Assembly: GCF_006345805.1 (NCBI RefSeq)
Contig: NC_043005.1
Location: 106,268,001-106,332,000, forward strand
DNA: 64,000 nucleotides
Direction: 5' to 3'
Source: Octopus sinensis
Lineage: Eukaryota
Part shown: one piece after another, positions 12,640-26,305 of the stretch
Numbering within the stretch: position 1 is the stretch's first letter
Layout of the letters: each line of letters opens with the position of its first letter
Translations under genes and position numbers: made by a program
Notes under the pieces: generated by a model
Told to the model about the DNA's origin: nothing
Database searches by the model: none
The model's input: the letters and a program-made list of their open reading frames with translations, nothing else

Positions 12640-14900
12640 ATCTTGTCAATATCTATTGATGAAATTTAAATAATCATTATTTACAGATTATGTTCTCACA
12701 GTCAACATCTCCAGTCTAAAGCAATATTGTCAACATCTCCATACCACATCTTTATGGTCAATATCTACATATACAGGGTGTGGTGAATATATTGTCATCT
12801 AAATTAAGCAAAAATGAAAATAACACTGATGTCTCATTTTAACAGATATATTTACCAAAATTACATAAACATATCTTGAAATAGTAAAGAGTAAATTTAT
12901 TCAATAAAATCGCCATTGGCTTCAACCATGGCCTCAAGACGACTTTGGAATCTCATGCAACTCTTCAGGATGGCCTCCTTGTTTAATTTGGTGAATGCTG
13001 CCATAATCCTTGCCTTCAGTTCATCTTTGGTGTTACAAGGAGTTTTGTTGGTCTCTAGCTCAACTGCACCCCACACATAATAATCAAGGGGGTTGCAGTC
13101 TTGTGAGTTAGGTGGCCAGATGCTAGGAGTGATGTGGTTACAGAAATTTCCTGACAGCTATAACTGGGTTCTCCTGCTTGTGTGGAATGGTACAGAGTCC
13201 TGTTGCCAGATATAGGGTCTTCCAGCAGCCACCCTCTTGTCCCAGGACAGCACTACCTCCTCCAGGCACTTGATCTAGGCCTCCATGTTAAGTTTGAGGC
13301 CATGTGGGAAGACGAATGGAGGCATAACGTTGCCATCACTAGTAATCACTCCAAACACCATGATGGTCACTGGATGTTTGATTTTATCACTCTTGGTACA
13401 TGTCCTCAGATTGACACCCAAACACTCTGAAATGTTCATATTGGAGCTTCTGGTGTGAATGCCAAGCAGTACAACATGTTGTTTCCAAATTGCATCATGG
13501 TGCTGTTTTTCTCACAGACAGTGCCCAACTGACCCTACTATACTGTGTAGTCAACAAAATCAAAAACAAACAATGTGCGAAATTAAAAATATAAAATGGT
13601 GACAATTTACCCATCCCACCTTGTATATACAGTATCAACATTGTCATCAGTTACACTATCTACATTGGTAACATCTACAAATTGCATGACATTTTCAACA
13701 TCTACAGACTGTACATAAGTTGTCAGCATTTCTCCATTGTACCTATATCAAAATCACCAAATTGTTTACACCATAATGTATCTTAATTGTCAATATCTTC
13801 ATATTGTATCTAAATTCTTGCCATCTCCACATTGTATCTAAATTGTCAGTATCTCTACATTGTGTCTACATTGTCAACATCTATAGATTTTGTTTAAATT
13901 GTCAATATCTCTACATTGTATCTACATTGTCAACATCTATATACTGCGTTTAAATTGTCAATATCTCTACACTGTGTCTACATTGTCAACATCTATAGAC
14001 CGTGTTTAAATTGTCAATATCTCTACATTGTCAACATCTCTAGACTGTGTTTAAATTATCAATATCTCTACACTGTGTCTACATTGTCAACGTCTATAGA
14101 CTGTATTTAAATTGTCAATATCTCTACACTGTGTCTACATTGTGTTTAAATTGTCAATATCTCTACTCTGTGTCTACATTGTCAATGTCTATAGACTGTG
14201 TTTAAATTGTCAATATATCTACACTGTGTCTACATTGTCAACGTCTATAGACTGTATTTAAATTGTCAGTATCTCCACTGTCATTACATTGTCAACATCT
14301 CTACATTGTGGTTACATTGTCAACTATCTCTATACTGTATCTACCTAATCAACATTCACAGACTGTCTTTATTGTCATTATCTTCACACTGTATCTGCAC
14401 TGTCAACACCCTCATCCTGTGTTTAAACTGCATTTCCACACTGTATCTAATCCACCAACACCTCTAAATTCTATCTATAATAATTCCTATCTTCGTATTG
14501 TATCTCTGTCTACATTGTCAACACCTCATTGCATCTAAATTGTCAACATTTCCAACCTGTGTCTACATTGTCAACGTCTGTCCACTATGTCCCTATTAAC
14601 AAAATATCCTTTCTTTGTAAATTGTCAAAAATGCCAACAATTTACCTTAAATTGTTATTGTTCCACACTGCATCTACACAGTCAACCGCTGTTGACAGTA
14701 TATAATCAGGCATCATCTTCTACAGGTGGTGTAAATCCAGTCAACACCAACAGGCTGTCACCGTCGATTCAATATTTACATACTGTGTTATCCAATTACC
14801 AGCCAGAGGCCACATATATTCTAATAAATTCTACATCTGAAGGCAGTATTTATCCAGTCAACAAGTCAGACATTGTCTCTAATCTTGATAAACTGTCTCA
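12640..14900. repeat. 28-bp/56-bp satellite array (core 13800-14290), interrupted by a DNA transposon
   Basis: Alternating monomers ttgtcaatatctctacactgtgtctaca and ttgtcaacatctatagactgtgtttaaa; degrades outward. Confidence 0.85.
12774..13623 (-). mobile_element. Internally deleted Tc1/mariner element, DD37D (maT) type
   Basis: TA flanks, imperfect TIRs (cagggtg...attgtca); minus-strand WQQDSVPFHTSRRTQL*LSGNFCNHITPSIWPPNSQDCNPLDYYVWG...ANGDFIE*, 37 residues between the second and third catalytic D. Confidence 0.85.
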
Positions 14901-16040
14901 ATTTATTGTTTAAGCAAACATTTACATGAAATTTATGGATTCCTGCTAACCTAAAAGCACCAAGTGAAATATTCATATTAATACAAAGATATGAAAATTA
15001 CACATGGGAGGGAAGCAAAAAAACTGAAAATAAAATTTTCAAAAAAGTTTGAAACATCAATAATAATAATAATAACAATAAGACACTTAAAAATGAATAA
15101 ATATAGAATGAGTATTTATTGTCATATTTAGTTTTACTTTTGTTTTTTTTTTTAAGAAAAAATAATAAATATAGATTTTTTTCCTGCCATGTCATGAAGG
15201 AATATCAAATTTGTCAATGAAATATGCTAAATGCTAAACGATCTGCATATTTCAGCAACTCTGGAATACAAAGAAAATACAAAATAAATATAGAACCACA
15301 AAACCCAAAGCTGGAAATAAAACAAAGCAAATAATAATACAAATAATGATAATAGCTAAAAAAAAATAAAATATCATACAGGCTAAAATTGAAGTAAAAT
15401 AAATCCTCACAATAAAATATGTGCCTATAAAAATATAAAATATTTTTTAAATCCGCTTTTTCACATATAACATTACCAATATTTCTTAGCTTTGGAAATA
15501 TTTAAATTTTTTTATGTTTGTTTTGTAAATATTCATTTTTATATTTATTTCTTTAAAAAATATAGCACAGAAGAACGAAATCTAAAAACGGAATAAAAAT
15601 AAAAATGGCAAATAAAGATGAAAAATGGAATAAATATAAATAAAAGGATTTTTAAAAAAAATAATAAAAACAAATTTAAAAAGATAAAATATAATTTTAA
15701 AAGAAAACAAATGAAAAAAAGATGAAAACAAAAAATATTTAAAAATCAATATGGCCTGCGTATTGTAATGTTTTTTAGATGTTATTGTTTGTATGTTTTA
15801 CATGTGCAATAATCACATACGCTGAAATGAGTGGTGTCTAAGAGATAGGGCAGAAAGAGAAGTGAAATGCTTCTGACTGTACTCCTCCCTCTCCCTCCAA
15901 CCTTCATCTACTTCCTGCGCCATATGCCATCTGGGATTATTTTAAACAAATCAACCAGGGGGATTTGAGTAGGTGGAGGGATATGCTTAAAACCACAAGG
16001 TACTGTCATCACATTTTGTCATCTTGCCTATTTATTCACA

Positions 16041-16102
<62 letters not shown>

Positions 16103-16125
16103 CATCATTATCATTATTATTATTA

Positions 16126-16159
<34 letters not shown>

Positions 16160-16177
16160 CATTATTATTATTATTAT

Positions 16178-16392
16178 GGCAGTGAGCTAGCAGAATCATT
16201 AGTGTATTAGACAAAATGCTTTGTGGGATTTCTTCAAGCTCTTTATGTTCTTAGTTCAAATCTCACTGAGGTCAGCTTTGGCTTTCATCCTTTCAAGGTC
16301 AATAAAATAAAGTACCAGTCAAGTACTGAGGGCACTATTATCAAATATCCCCTCCCATTAAAATTACTAGCCTTGAGCCAAAATTCGGAACA
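16178..16392 (+). mobile_element. SINE family B, diverged
   Basis: 'ggcagtgagctagcagaatc...ttcatcctttcaaggtcaataaaataaagtaccag'. Confidence 0.75.
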
Positions 16393-16413
16393 ATTATTAT
16401 TGTTGCTGTTGTA

Positions 16414-16472
<59 letters not shown>

Positions 16473-16480
16473 CATCATCG

Positions 16481-16514
<34 letters not shown>

Positions 16515-16539
16515 TATTATTATTATTCAGTAGTCTTAT

Positions 16540-17620
16540 TTTTATCATGTGCTTCCACCTCACTACCAAGTGCAGCTCTGTGTGCCTTGGGTATGTATTG
16601 TGGTGCTCTTATTTTCACTGTATTGAAAGTGTTTTACATAGGATGTGTGCGGTGTTTAGTAGTGCTATTTTCTGTATGTTATATATACTTGTAAGTCCTG
16701 GTGTTTTTGTTATGTATTTGTTTGAATGTTTTTTATCATACCTAATGCACCTACTATTATAGGAATTGTTTCTGCTTTTAGGCCCCACATTCAAGTTACC
16801 TCTATTTCCTGATCTTTTTCTTTTAAAAGTTTCTCTGTTTCTTTTAGAGAAAGTTGTCATCTGTTGATATCGATACATCAATTAAAAAGCACATTTTTCT
16901 TAGTGATCTCTGACAACTATATCTGGTCTGTTGGCCTTAATTTCTCTATCTGTGTGTATTGGCATATCCCAGAGTATGGTTGCTTTCTCGTTTTCTGTGA
17001 CCTTTTCTGGTGTGTGCCTATACCATCTTTTTTCTGTTGCTATTCTATAGTGTTGGCATAGCTTCCAGTGTATAAAGGTCCCAACTCTGTCATGTCTGTG
17101 AATATATTCCTTCTTAGCCAGGACTGGGCAGCCAGAGATAATATGATTTATTGTTTCTTTTCCATCACCACATATTCTGCAGCTACTTGTATTTCTTTTC
17201 ATTACGTGTTTTTGGTGATTTATAGTGGGAAGGCTTTGGTCTTGTGCTGCAATTAAAACTGCTTCTGTCTCTGCTCTGAGTTCTGAGCTTCTCAGCCATT
17301 GTTGGGATTTTGCTTTGTCTATTTCTTTTCTGTTTAGCTTAACTCAATATTTGCCATATAAGGGTTTTCCTTGCCATCATTTTATCATGAAACGTTGCTG
17401 TTCCAGTTTTAGTTTGGATTTCACTTACAGCTTTTGTTGTTTCTTCTTTTTCTTCATATTTGTTAGGTACTATGACTTCTTTTTTTGTTTTTGTCAATTT
17501 CCTTAAAGATAGAAAACAGTTTGTTGTTTTGTTCGTGTTTTGTGGTTACTTGTATTAGTTTTCTTTGCTTCTGAAGTAGGTATTTCTTTACTCCTATGAT
17601 GGTTATTTTGTAATAGTTTT
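16540..17620 (-). mobile_element. R4/Dong-type non-LTR retrotransposon 3' fragment (CCHC knuckle plus restriction-like endonuclease), decayed
   Basis: CRICGDGKETINHIISGCPVLAKKEYIHRHDRV...ILWDMPIHTDREIKANRPDIVV; IQKIALLNTAHIL; 3' end abuts the (TAA)n/(TGA)n array. Confidence 0.9.
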
Positions 17621-18129
17621 CTAGCTGTATAAGGCCTCTACCACCTTCGATACATTGTATATATTATCTTTCTTTGTCAGATTTTGGGTGGTGCATCCTA
17701 AATCCTGTACAAAGATATACATACATATACATACATACACACACACACACATACATACATACATACATACATACATACATACATACATACATACATACAT
17801 ACATACATACATACATACATACATACATGCATGCATACATACATACATACATGTATGTATATATATATAGTGAAACAATATAAAAGTGAAACTATTTATA
17901 ACTTACTCCATCAAAGGTTTCACTTTTATTCTTCGAGTTTTGAAACATAATACGGAACCAGTGCCAATTTTGCATTGTTTTAATCTATAAAAATCACATG
18001 TTGACACCCCTGGGGTGTGATAGTATTACCATGTAAAATTTGATTTGATTCAGTTGTGCCACTTGAGAATGCATTGGGAACAGACACAGATATAAAGGAT
18101 TTTTATTATTATTGTTGTTGTTGTTGTTA

Positions 18130-18350
18130 GGGTGGCAAGCTAGCAGAATTGTTAGTATACTGGGTGAAATGCTTAGTGGCATTTTGTCCGTCTTTACATT
18201 TTGAACTCAAGTTCTGCTGAGGTTAACTTAAGCCTTTCATCCTTTTGGGGTCACTAAAATAGGTATCAGCTGAATACAGGGGTTAATGTAATCAACTGAC
18301 ACCACCCAACTCAAATACTTCAGGTCTTGTAATTTTAGTAAAAATAATCA
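18130..18350 (+). mobile_element. SINE family B, diverged
   Basis: 'ggcaagctagcagaattgttag...gcctttcatccttttggggtc'. Confidence 0.7.
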
Positions 18351-18444
18351 TTATTGTTTTTATTATTGTTGTTGTTACCGTTATTATTGTTTATTTTTAT
18401 TATTATAATTATTATATGCTTTATGAATGAACAGAGATGTTGTC

Positions 18445-18780
18445 TTAGAGTTTGGCAACAAAAAAGTTTCCTCCAACTCGACTCTTTCTCAGGATTCTAG
18501 CAGAATACAGGATTGCACACTTCTGCAGATCAACAATGTGAGTCTCAATTCCAATATATTTCAGTCTCTTAGGTAGAAGTTTGGGTGGTGTTCCAAGTGC
18601 ACTAATTATCACAGGAATAACTGTCAACTTAATCTTCTGCAGTCTCTTCATCTCTCTGGCTAGGTATTGAAATTTCTCAATTTTTTTCACTTTCTTTGGT
18701 ATCCACTTAATTATTGTATGGTATTGCAAAGTCTATTAATATTCATTGTTTGTCTATGATCATACATTGTTTCTTTCTTT
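18445..18780 (-). mobile_element. R4/Dong-type RLE-domain fragment
   Basis: KIEKFQYLAREMKRLQKIKLTVIPVIISALGT...LQKCAILYSARILRK. Confidence 0.8.
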
Positions 18781-18884
18781 TATCCCCTATAATCTTAGTT
18801 GTTGTTGTTGTTGTTATTATAAAGATTGTAGGGGGTCATTTTAAAGATTTTGTGTTATTTAGTTTTGCTCTAGATGTCCAAAGT

Positions 18885-19255
18885 TACATGGTGGCTGCCC
18901 TGTCATCGAGTATGGCCATTGCACGAAGCTTAATCAATGTTGTTATCGTGCAATGCCTGTGCAAGAAGATATTCTTTTAAGTGAGGAAAGACTGCGCACT
19001 GAGTCAATCCAACTCACTAAGCAACAGCAGCCATAATCCGAAAAGAAGAACAAGTCAACATCATCGGTAACCACTGAGCCGCAGGTTTTATGTCGGAGTT
19101 ATACCAGTTACTTGAGTTACCTTCTCCTAGAAGGATGCCCTAACAAAGGCTAGGAGTCCTTCACTCCCAATGGTTTAACCACACGATTGGGTATTCAGTT
19201 CGATTAATTCTATGTCCCCGCGCATGATACAGCCTTAAGGCTTAAGAAAAAAAAA
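18885..19255. repeat. Interspersed repeat; partial inverted homolog at ~25365-25437
   Basis: 'acatggtggctgccc..tcgagtatggccattgca.gaagcttaa' matches the reverse complement at 25385-25437. Confidence 0.55.
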
Positions 19256-19267
19256 TACACATTTATT

Positions 19268-19460
19268 TGATGGCCGTTGACTCTCAAGAGTTCCTCCGCC
19301 CTTTGACGGGTTTTGTTTTCATCCTGCAGGGTGTCCAATAAATACCCTCCTCACCAAGCAAGCTTGGTAGGGTTCCAGTTTAGTCACCGACGACCCGACC
19401 ATGCAACAGGTTGTACTGGGTTACATGTTACCAGTAGCACTCGAAAGTGACCTGGTTACA
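19268..19460 (-). mobile_element. Probable RTE-type LINE 5' UTR fragment, structured
   Basis: GC-richer; hairpins accaagc/gcttggt and cact-ttcg-agtg; HDV-like elements (see findings). Confidence 0.4.
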
Positions 19461-20543
19461 TGCTTTCTGTGATTCCTTTTCTCTTTCATCCTTCCTTGGA
19501 TGATTATCAATAGAACTAACTTCATATACGACTAATATACCAGAGTATCCTTCTTCTTCAAGAGACCATAAGTGAGATGCATTTCATTACACGCTGAGAG
19601 GAATCTCTGCCTCCATCAAGTTTGCAAGGATCTCAATTTTGTGTTGTGTACCTGCCCTCAATAAGTTTGTGGAAGTTTTCAAAATGCAGCATTTGACACA
19701 ACTTTGTGTTCAGCACAATAACAGTGGCCAGTAAAGCCTACCCAACATTGACTAATAATGGGATACTGTAACACAAGGATAATTGCTCAGAATAGTGATA
19801 GCGTTGTTGACCATTATATCGTGGACACCTTTGTGGTATGTTGTGAGCAGATGGTGAGGACTAATATGAAACAGAGGGAAATGTTGTTGGGTGGGAACTG
19901 CATAAACATGCAGGTTCAGAAAAGTCGTGAAGGCCTTAGAACTGTCTTGCAGCTGCACCTTATTGTGGATGCAGAGGGAAAGGTAGTGACTCTGATGCAT
20001 CAGGGTTGAAAGCTGAGTTACAGCATGAAATTGTCCCATCCCTAATGCTAGGAGCTGATTCCTTGAGGTATCTTCTCCAGTAACAATCAGTAGTACGATT
20101 CCATCATCTTGTACTGGTGAGGAGGATATGGAGGATAGACAAGACTGGAGAACTGCTGGGGTTAGTGACAAAACAAATAAGAAGATGCCTCCCCACAACA
20201 ATTTGAACCTATGTCGGAAGCCACTTAAATGTTCAAAGTAGAGCTGATCTTCCTTTGGAATTGTATTAAGAATGCGTTGTGGAGGACATTCCATGTGAGA
20301 GAAGTGGGCTGTTCCACTACAAATAAATAGTGGACAGACACAACGAGTGGAGTCAGATGGTGAAGTATGGCATTTGGGCCAGTCATGCAGACATCGAAGT
20401 ACGTCGTTATAATTCAAGACATATCAGTGCTGAGCAAGACACAACAGAATGCAATCCCTCACGTAGCTAATGAACAGCTGATTAATGATTCAAATGAACT
20501 ACTGTAAAAAACTGAAACGAAGATGATATTTGGCTATGATAAA

Positions 20544-20776
20544 GGCGGTGAGCTGGCAGAATCGTTAGCACACCGGGCGAAATGCTTAGCGGTATTTCGT
20601 CTGCCACTATGTTCTGAGTTCAAATTCCACCGAGGTCAACTTTGCCTTTCATCCTTTCGGGGTTGATTAAATAAGCACCAGTTATGCACTGGGGTCGATA
20701 TAATCGACTTGATCCGTTTGTCTGTCCTTGTTTGTTCTCTCTGTGTTTAGCCCCTTGTGGGTAGTAAAGAAATAGG
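20544..20776 (+). mobile_element. SINE family B, full-length
   Basis: tRNA-like head with 'gagttcaaattc' B box; 13-bp TSD tatttggctatga on both sides. Confidence 0.9.
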
Positions 20777-21030
20777 TATTTGGCTATGAGAAACAAGCAG
20801 GCTAAAGACTGCTAATATGAAACAGTCAATGGTCCAAGAGCAGTTACATATTAGAGCTACAAGTTAGACACAGATGTTTTCTTCTCCATCCAACATCTGA
20901 GATTCTTACACACTTTCAGAACTAGGCATTTTGATGTAAAGTAGATCAACACAGAAGACAGAGTCTTGTGTTGCCCTCATCAAACCCTGATGGAAGTTTC
21001 TCACAGATTTGTGATTGGTTGCTTTTATAT

Positions 21031-21254
21031 TACTCTTACTCTTTTATTTGTTTCAGTCATTTGACTGTGGCCATGCTGGAGCACCACCTTTAGTCAAGCA
21101 AATCGACCCCAGGACTTATTCTTTGTAAGCCTAGTACTTATTCTATCGGTCTCTTTTGCCGAGCTGCTACGTTATGGGGACGTAAATACACCAGCATCGG
21201 TTGTCAAGCGATGTTGGGAGACAAACACAGACACACAAACATATACACATACAT

Positions 21255-21315
<61 letters not shown>

Positions 21316-21494
21316 CACATACATATATACGACGGGATTCTTTCAGTTTCCATCTACTAAATCCACTCACAAGGCTTTGGTCAACCTGAGGCTATAGTAG
21401 AAGACACTTGCCCAAGGTGCCACGCAGTGGGACTGAACCTGGAACCATGTGGTTCGTAAGCAAGCTACTTACCACACATCCACTCCTATGCCTA
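21031..21494 (-). mobile_element. SINE family A (tRNA head, central (TA)/(TG)n, CR1-like tail)
   Basis: Reverse complement of 42960-43375. Confidence 0.9.
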
Positions 21495-21966
21495 TTGTGA
21501 ATTATTTTTACCTTTTTCTATTTACACCTGACTTTAAATCCCTTCACTTATTTGTGTTAATTAGAAAGAAACATTTTGATGTATTCCACAATATTATGTA
21601 ATGTTATTGTCTTTCAGGATTGCATCCTGTCTCCAAGGGATGCTATCCTTGACAGGTTGAATAGAGTTAGAAAACACTTTTGCCATCCTTGTTTGCATTT
21701 GCCATCTGACTGTTGCACCTTGTCTTAGTTTCACCTGAGTAGACTGAAGTGTCTGCCAATCAGCTTCTCGTGGGAAGGATATCATCCACTGGATAAGCAT
21801 TTTATCTACTATTAGCACTCTATACAAGGTGAGCAATATACACACACACATATATATATATACATACACAGACACACATATATATCCCTACATGTTTGTA
21901 ATGTCATTTTTTAATGATAGCTTTTAAATTTTAGTTATATTCCCTTCTGGCCAATAAGCAAAGAAC

Positions 21967-22520
<554 letters not shown>

Positions 22521-22524
22521 TGCC

Positions 22525-23226
22525 TTTGTGCAGCTTCTAATTCTGGAGATGTACTACAATGTCAGCTGTTCACTACCAGTGAACTAAGGTAACACCTCTT
22601 ATTTTTCGAGCATCTCCCGGAGTGTTCGAGCGGTTCCAAGCAGTGCTGTTTTCTGCAAGTGCTCCACCCTTATTGCAGCCCCTATTTGTTCCACGTACTT
22701 CTTGAGATTTTTGCTCACTGTTCCCAGGGCTCCAACAATTATTGGTACTACTGCTACCTTTTTCATCGACCACAACTATTTAACCTCCCAAGCTAACCTG
22801 TCATATCTATCAACTTTTCTTTCTTCTTTATCGTATACCTTGTCAGCTGGGCATGCTATGTCTATGATCCAGCATAGTTTGTTTTCTTTCTCAATTAAGA
22901 CTACGTCCAGCTTTCTATTCTCAATCTCATGGTCGCACTGAATCATAAAATCCCATAGGATCTTTGCATTTCCATTTTCAACAATGCCTTCAGGTTTGTG
23001 GTTGTACCAATTTTTTGCTCTGTCAAGTTCATACTTGTTGCAAAGTGTCCAATGGACAAGCCTGGCAATATTATCGTGACGTCTCTTATATTCCTTCTGG
23101 GCTAGTGGCATACATTGGCTAGAAATATATCATACGGTTTCACCATTTTGTCCACAGATCCTGCACTTATCAATTTCTGCTGTGTTGTCTATTCTGTATT
23201 TTATGTAGTTTGTTCTTGGGCAATCT
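22525..23226 (-). mobile_element. R4/Dong-type retrotransposon 3' fragment between two (ATT)n arrays
   Basis: RTNYIKYRIDNTAEIDKCRICGQNGETV; LAQKEYKRRHDNIARLVHW...ILWDFMIQCDHEIENRKLDVVLIEKENKLCWIIDIACPAD. Confidence 0.9.
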
Positions 23227-23323
23227 ATTATTACTATTATTATTATTGCTATTATAGTTATTATCATTATTATTATTATTATTATTGTTATTATTATTAT
23301 TATTATTATTGTTGTTGTTGTTG

Positions 23324-23376
<53 letters not shown>

Positions 23377-23454
23377 GTTATTATTATTATTATTATTGTT
23401 ATTATTATTATTATTATATTATTATTATTATTATTGTTATTATTATTATTATTG

Positions 23455-23782
23455 AGTGAGAGAGCAGTGCATGACATCAAAGTGACACTGGGGTAAAATA
23501 TACGAAGCCCAGTATACCAATCATGACTACCCGTCTGATAAGGGTACACCAGGCACATGCATCACAACCATATGTGTGCGACATGGTGATCTCATATCAA
23601 GATGAACAGCGCATGACCATGCAGGTGGGGCCCAGTTAGAATTTTCTTCAGGTTGAGTAGTCCATCCCATTCAAAAGGTCCCTGAATAAGGGTTGGTTAA
23701 GCATGTTGAAAGAACCAGCCATGTTTCCAGAGGTGAATTATTTAAACCCCAAAGAATCCCTCTCAACACATGGCTATGATGC
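23455..23782. repeat. Copy of the (ATT)n-embedded repeat family (see 340-742)
   Basis: Sequence identity with 345-517. Confidence 0.8.
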
Positions 23783-23899
23783 TATATTATTATTATTATT
23801 ATTATTATTGTTATTATTATCATTATTATTATTATATTATTATTATTATTATTATTATATTATTATTATTATTATTATTATTATATTATCATTATTTTA

Positions 23900-23945
<46 letters not shown>

Positions 23946-23949
23946 CATG

Positions 23950-24005
<56 letters not shown>

Positions 24006-24485
24006 TGATGCATATAGTATCTGAAGAAAAAGAAGAGGAAGAAAGACAGTATAAAAAAAAAGAAAACATCTGATATAAACAAAGCAATATATTTATATTT
24101 TTTCAGTTTTTATTTTGCAACCAGTAAAGGTTATAATGATTATAAATTACTGATATTGATTAGCATATGATAAGGGTAGGATGGGAATTTGTAATATCAC
24201 CTGATTTGACAGCTATTGATGATGATGATGATGATGATAATGATGATAACATTGGCGGTGTGATTGTAATAGTATTAATGATGATGATGATGATGATGAT
24301 GAAGGTGATGAAGATGATGATGATGGTGGTGGTGGTGGTGGTAGTGATGATGGTAATACAGTAGGGGGGTGGGGTGGCAATGTTGATGGTGGTAATGCCA
24401 GCATTAATGTAATAGTAATGATCACGACCATGGTGGTGCTGGTTATCTTAATAATGTTGATGATAGTGGTGGCGATAGTGGCAGT

Positions 24486-24789
24486 GGCGGCACATGGCCT
24501 AGTGGTTAGAGCAGCGGACTCGCGGTCGAGGGATCGTGGGTTCGAATCTCAGACCAGGTGATGTGTGTGTTTATGAGCGAAACACCTAAGCACTACGCAG
24601 CTCCGGCAGAAGGAAATGGTGAACTTCTGTCGACTCTTTCACCACAACTTTCTCTCACTCTTTCCTCCTGCATCTTGCAGCTCACCTGCGACGGACCAGT
24701 GTCCTGTCCAGGTGGGGAACCTATGCACCAAGGAAACCAGAAAACCGGCCCTTATGAGCCAGGGATGGCTTGAGAAGGAATAAACAACA
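24486..24789 (+). mobile_element. tRNA-derived SINE related to family D
   Basis: 'tggcctagtggttagagcagcggactcgcgg...ggttcgaatc' A/B boxes; first half similar to 11796 copy, 3' body differs. Confidence 0.8.
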
Positions 24790-25909
24790 GTGGTGGTGTG
24801 GTGGTAGCATTAATGCTGATGGACTGACAGGCAAAATGTCTTGCACTATTTACTTACAGCCCTTTACATCCCATGTGCAAATCCTGCTGAGGTCAATTTC
24901 ACAATTCATCCGATTAAGGTTTATAAAATAATGTTTCCTTCCATATAGATGGAATTGCTTTAATTAAATATACCGGTCCCAAAAATCTGTAGCCAAGTGG
25001 TGGTTATGGTGGTGAACGTCTTATCCATAACAAAGTATGTATGGATGGATGGATGGATGTCAGGAAGGGCATCGCTGTTACACTTCCAGATGGGAAGGGT
25101 CATCCTATGATGCTGTGCAAGACTCTGCCTCAGTAAAGCTGGACTCGAGAGTCATCTTCATAGTCATAAAGCGAGACAGATGAGTGACAACCTGGCCACT
25201 GCCAGGCATGTGGAAGAGAGTGTAATTCACTGGGAGGACTTAAACGACATGCAAAGGTACATGAAGCCCAGTTACAACTATAGCCGGCTATTACCGGTAA
25301 AGGTTTTAGCTGCCAATTCTATACAAGACATTGTAGATCTTTAGCTGGGCTAAAGAGTCACATTCGATCACAGCATCAATAACAGTTAAGCTTCATGCAA
25401 TGGCCATACTCGATAACGAGGGGGCAGCCATCATGTATGTATGTATGTTCACATTTTGCAATAGAAGCAGCTCCAAATTAAAATTTTGAACTTTATGACA
25501 CACCTAATGTATGTATGTCATAGAGAACCCAACAGCTGCAGTGTTTCTCCATGGAAAGATTCCTCCATGGTTTTATTGTCATAATATACTTCAGAGCTGG
25601 TCAGAACTAAATCACCCCGGAAGCAATTACAAGTGTGACAGATGCAAATTTTACCAATTTTGCAGTTTATCAGTCCATGCACTCGTAGCGCGTCTGACCC
25701 AAAATCGTTCCAGTTAGTCTGAGGTATATTCAGACCATAATAAACAATTCAATGGTCTTGCAGAGATGCTGCTTAGTTGAATGAAATTCAAATTTTTGCA
25801 TCAGCTGCAACTCTAAATTAAAATCTTTATTTTACATTAAATTCAATTTATATTGTAAGTCAACTATGTTTGCTTTAGAAGCGTTGAGATTTAAAAAAAA
25901 AAAAATTTT

Positions 25910-26296
25910 TTTTACTTGTTTCAGTTATTTGACTGCGGCCATGCTGGAGCACCGCCTTTAGTCGAGCAAATCGACCCCGGGACTTATTCTTTGTAAGCCC
26001 AGTACTTATTCTATCGGTCTCTTTTGCCGAACCGCTAAGTGACGGGGATGTAAACACACCAGCATCGGTTGTCAAGCAATGGTAGGGGACAAACACAGAC
26101 ACACAAACACACACACACACACACATATATACGACAGGCTTCTTTCAGTTTCCGTCTACCAAATCCACTCACAAGGCATTGGTCGGCCCGGGGCTATAGC
26201 AGAAGACACTTGCCCAAGATGCCATGCAGTGGGACTGAACCCAGAACCATGTGGTTGGTTAACAAGCTACTTACCACACAGCCACTCCTCCGCCTA
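25910..26296 (-). mobile_element. SINE family A
   Basis: Near-identical reverse complement of 42960-43375. Confidence 0.9.
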
Positions 26297-26305
26297 TGTA
26301 TTGAA

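Noticed and set aside
13800-14290. CRISPR-like array
   Set aside because: No unique spacers, no cas genes, eukaryotic context; it is a satellite
24486-24560. tRNA gene (also 11796, 20544, 26461, 42960)
   Set aside because: A/B boxes are present but acceptor stems are not intact and each runs into a repeat body: SINE heads
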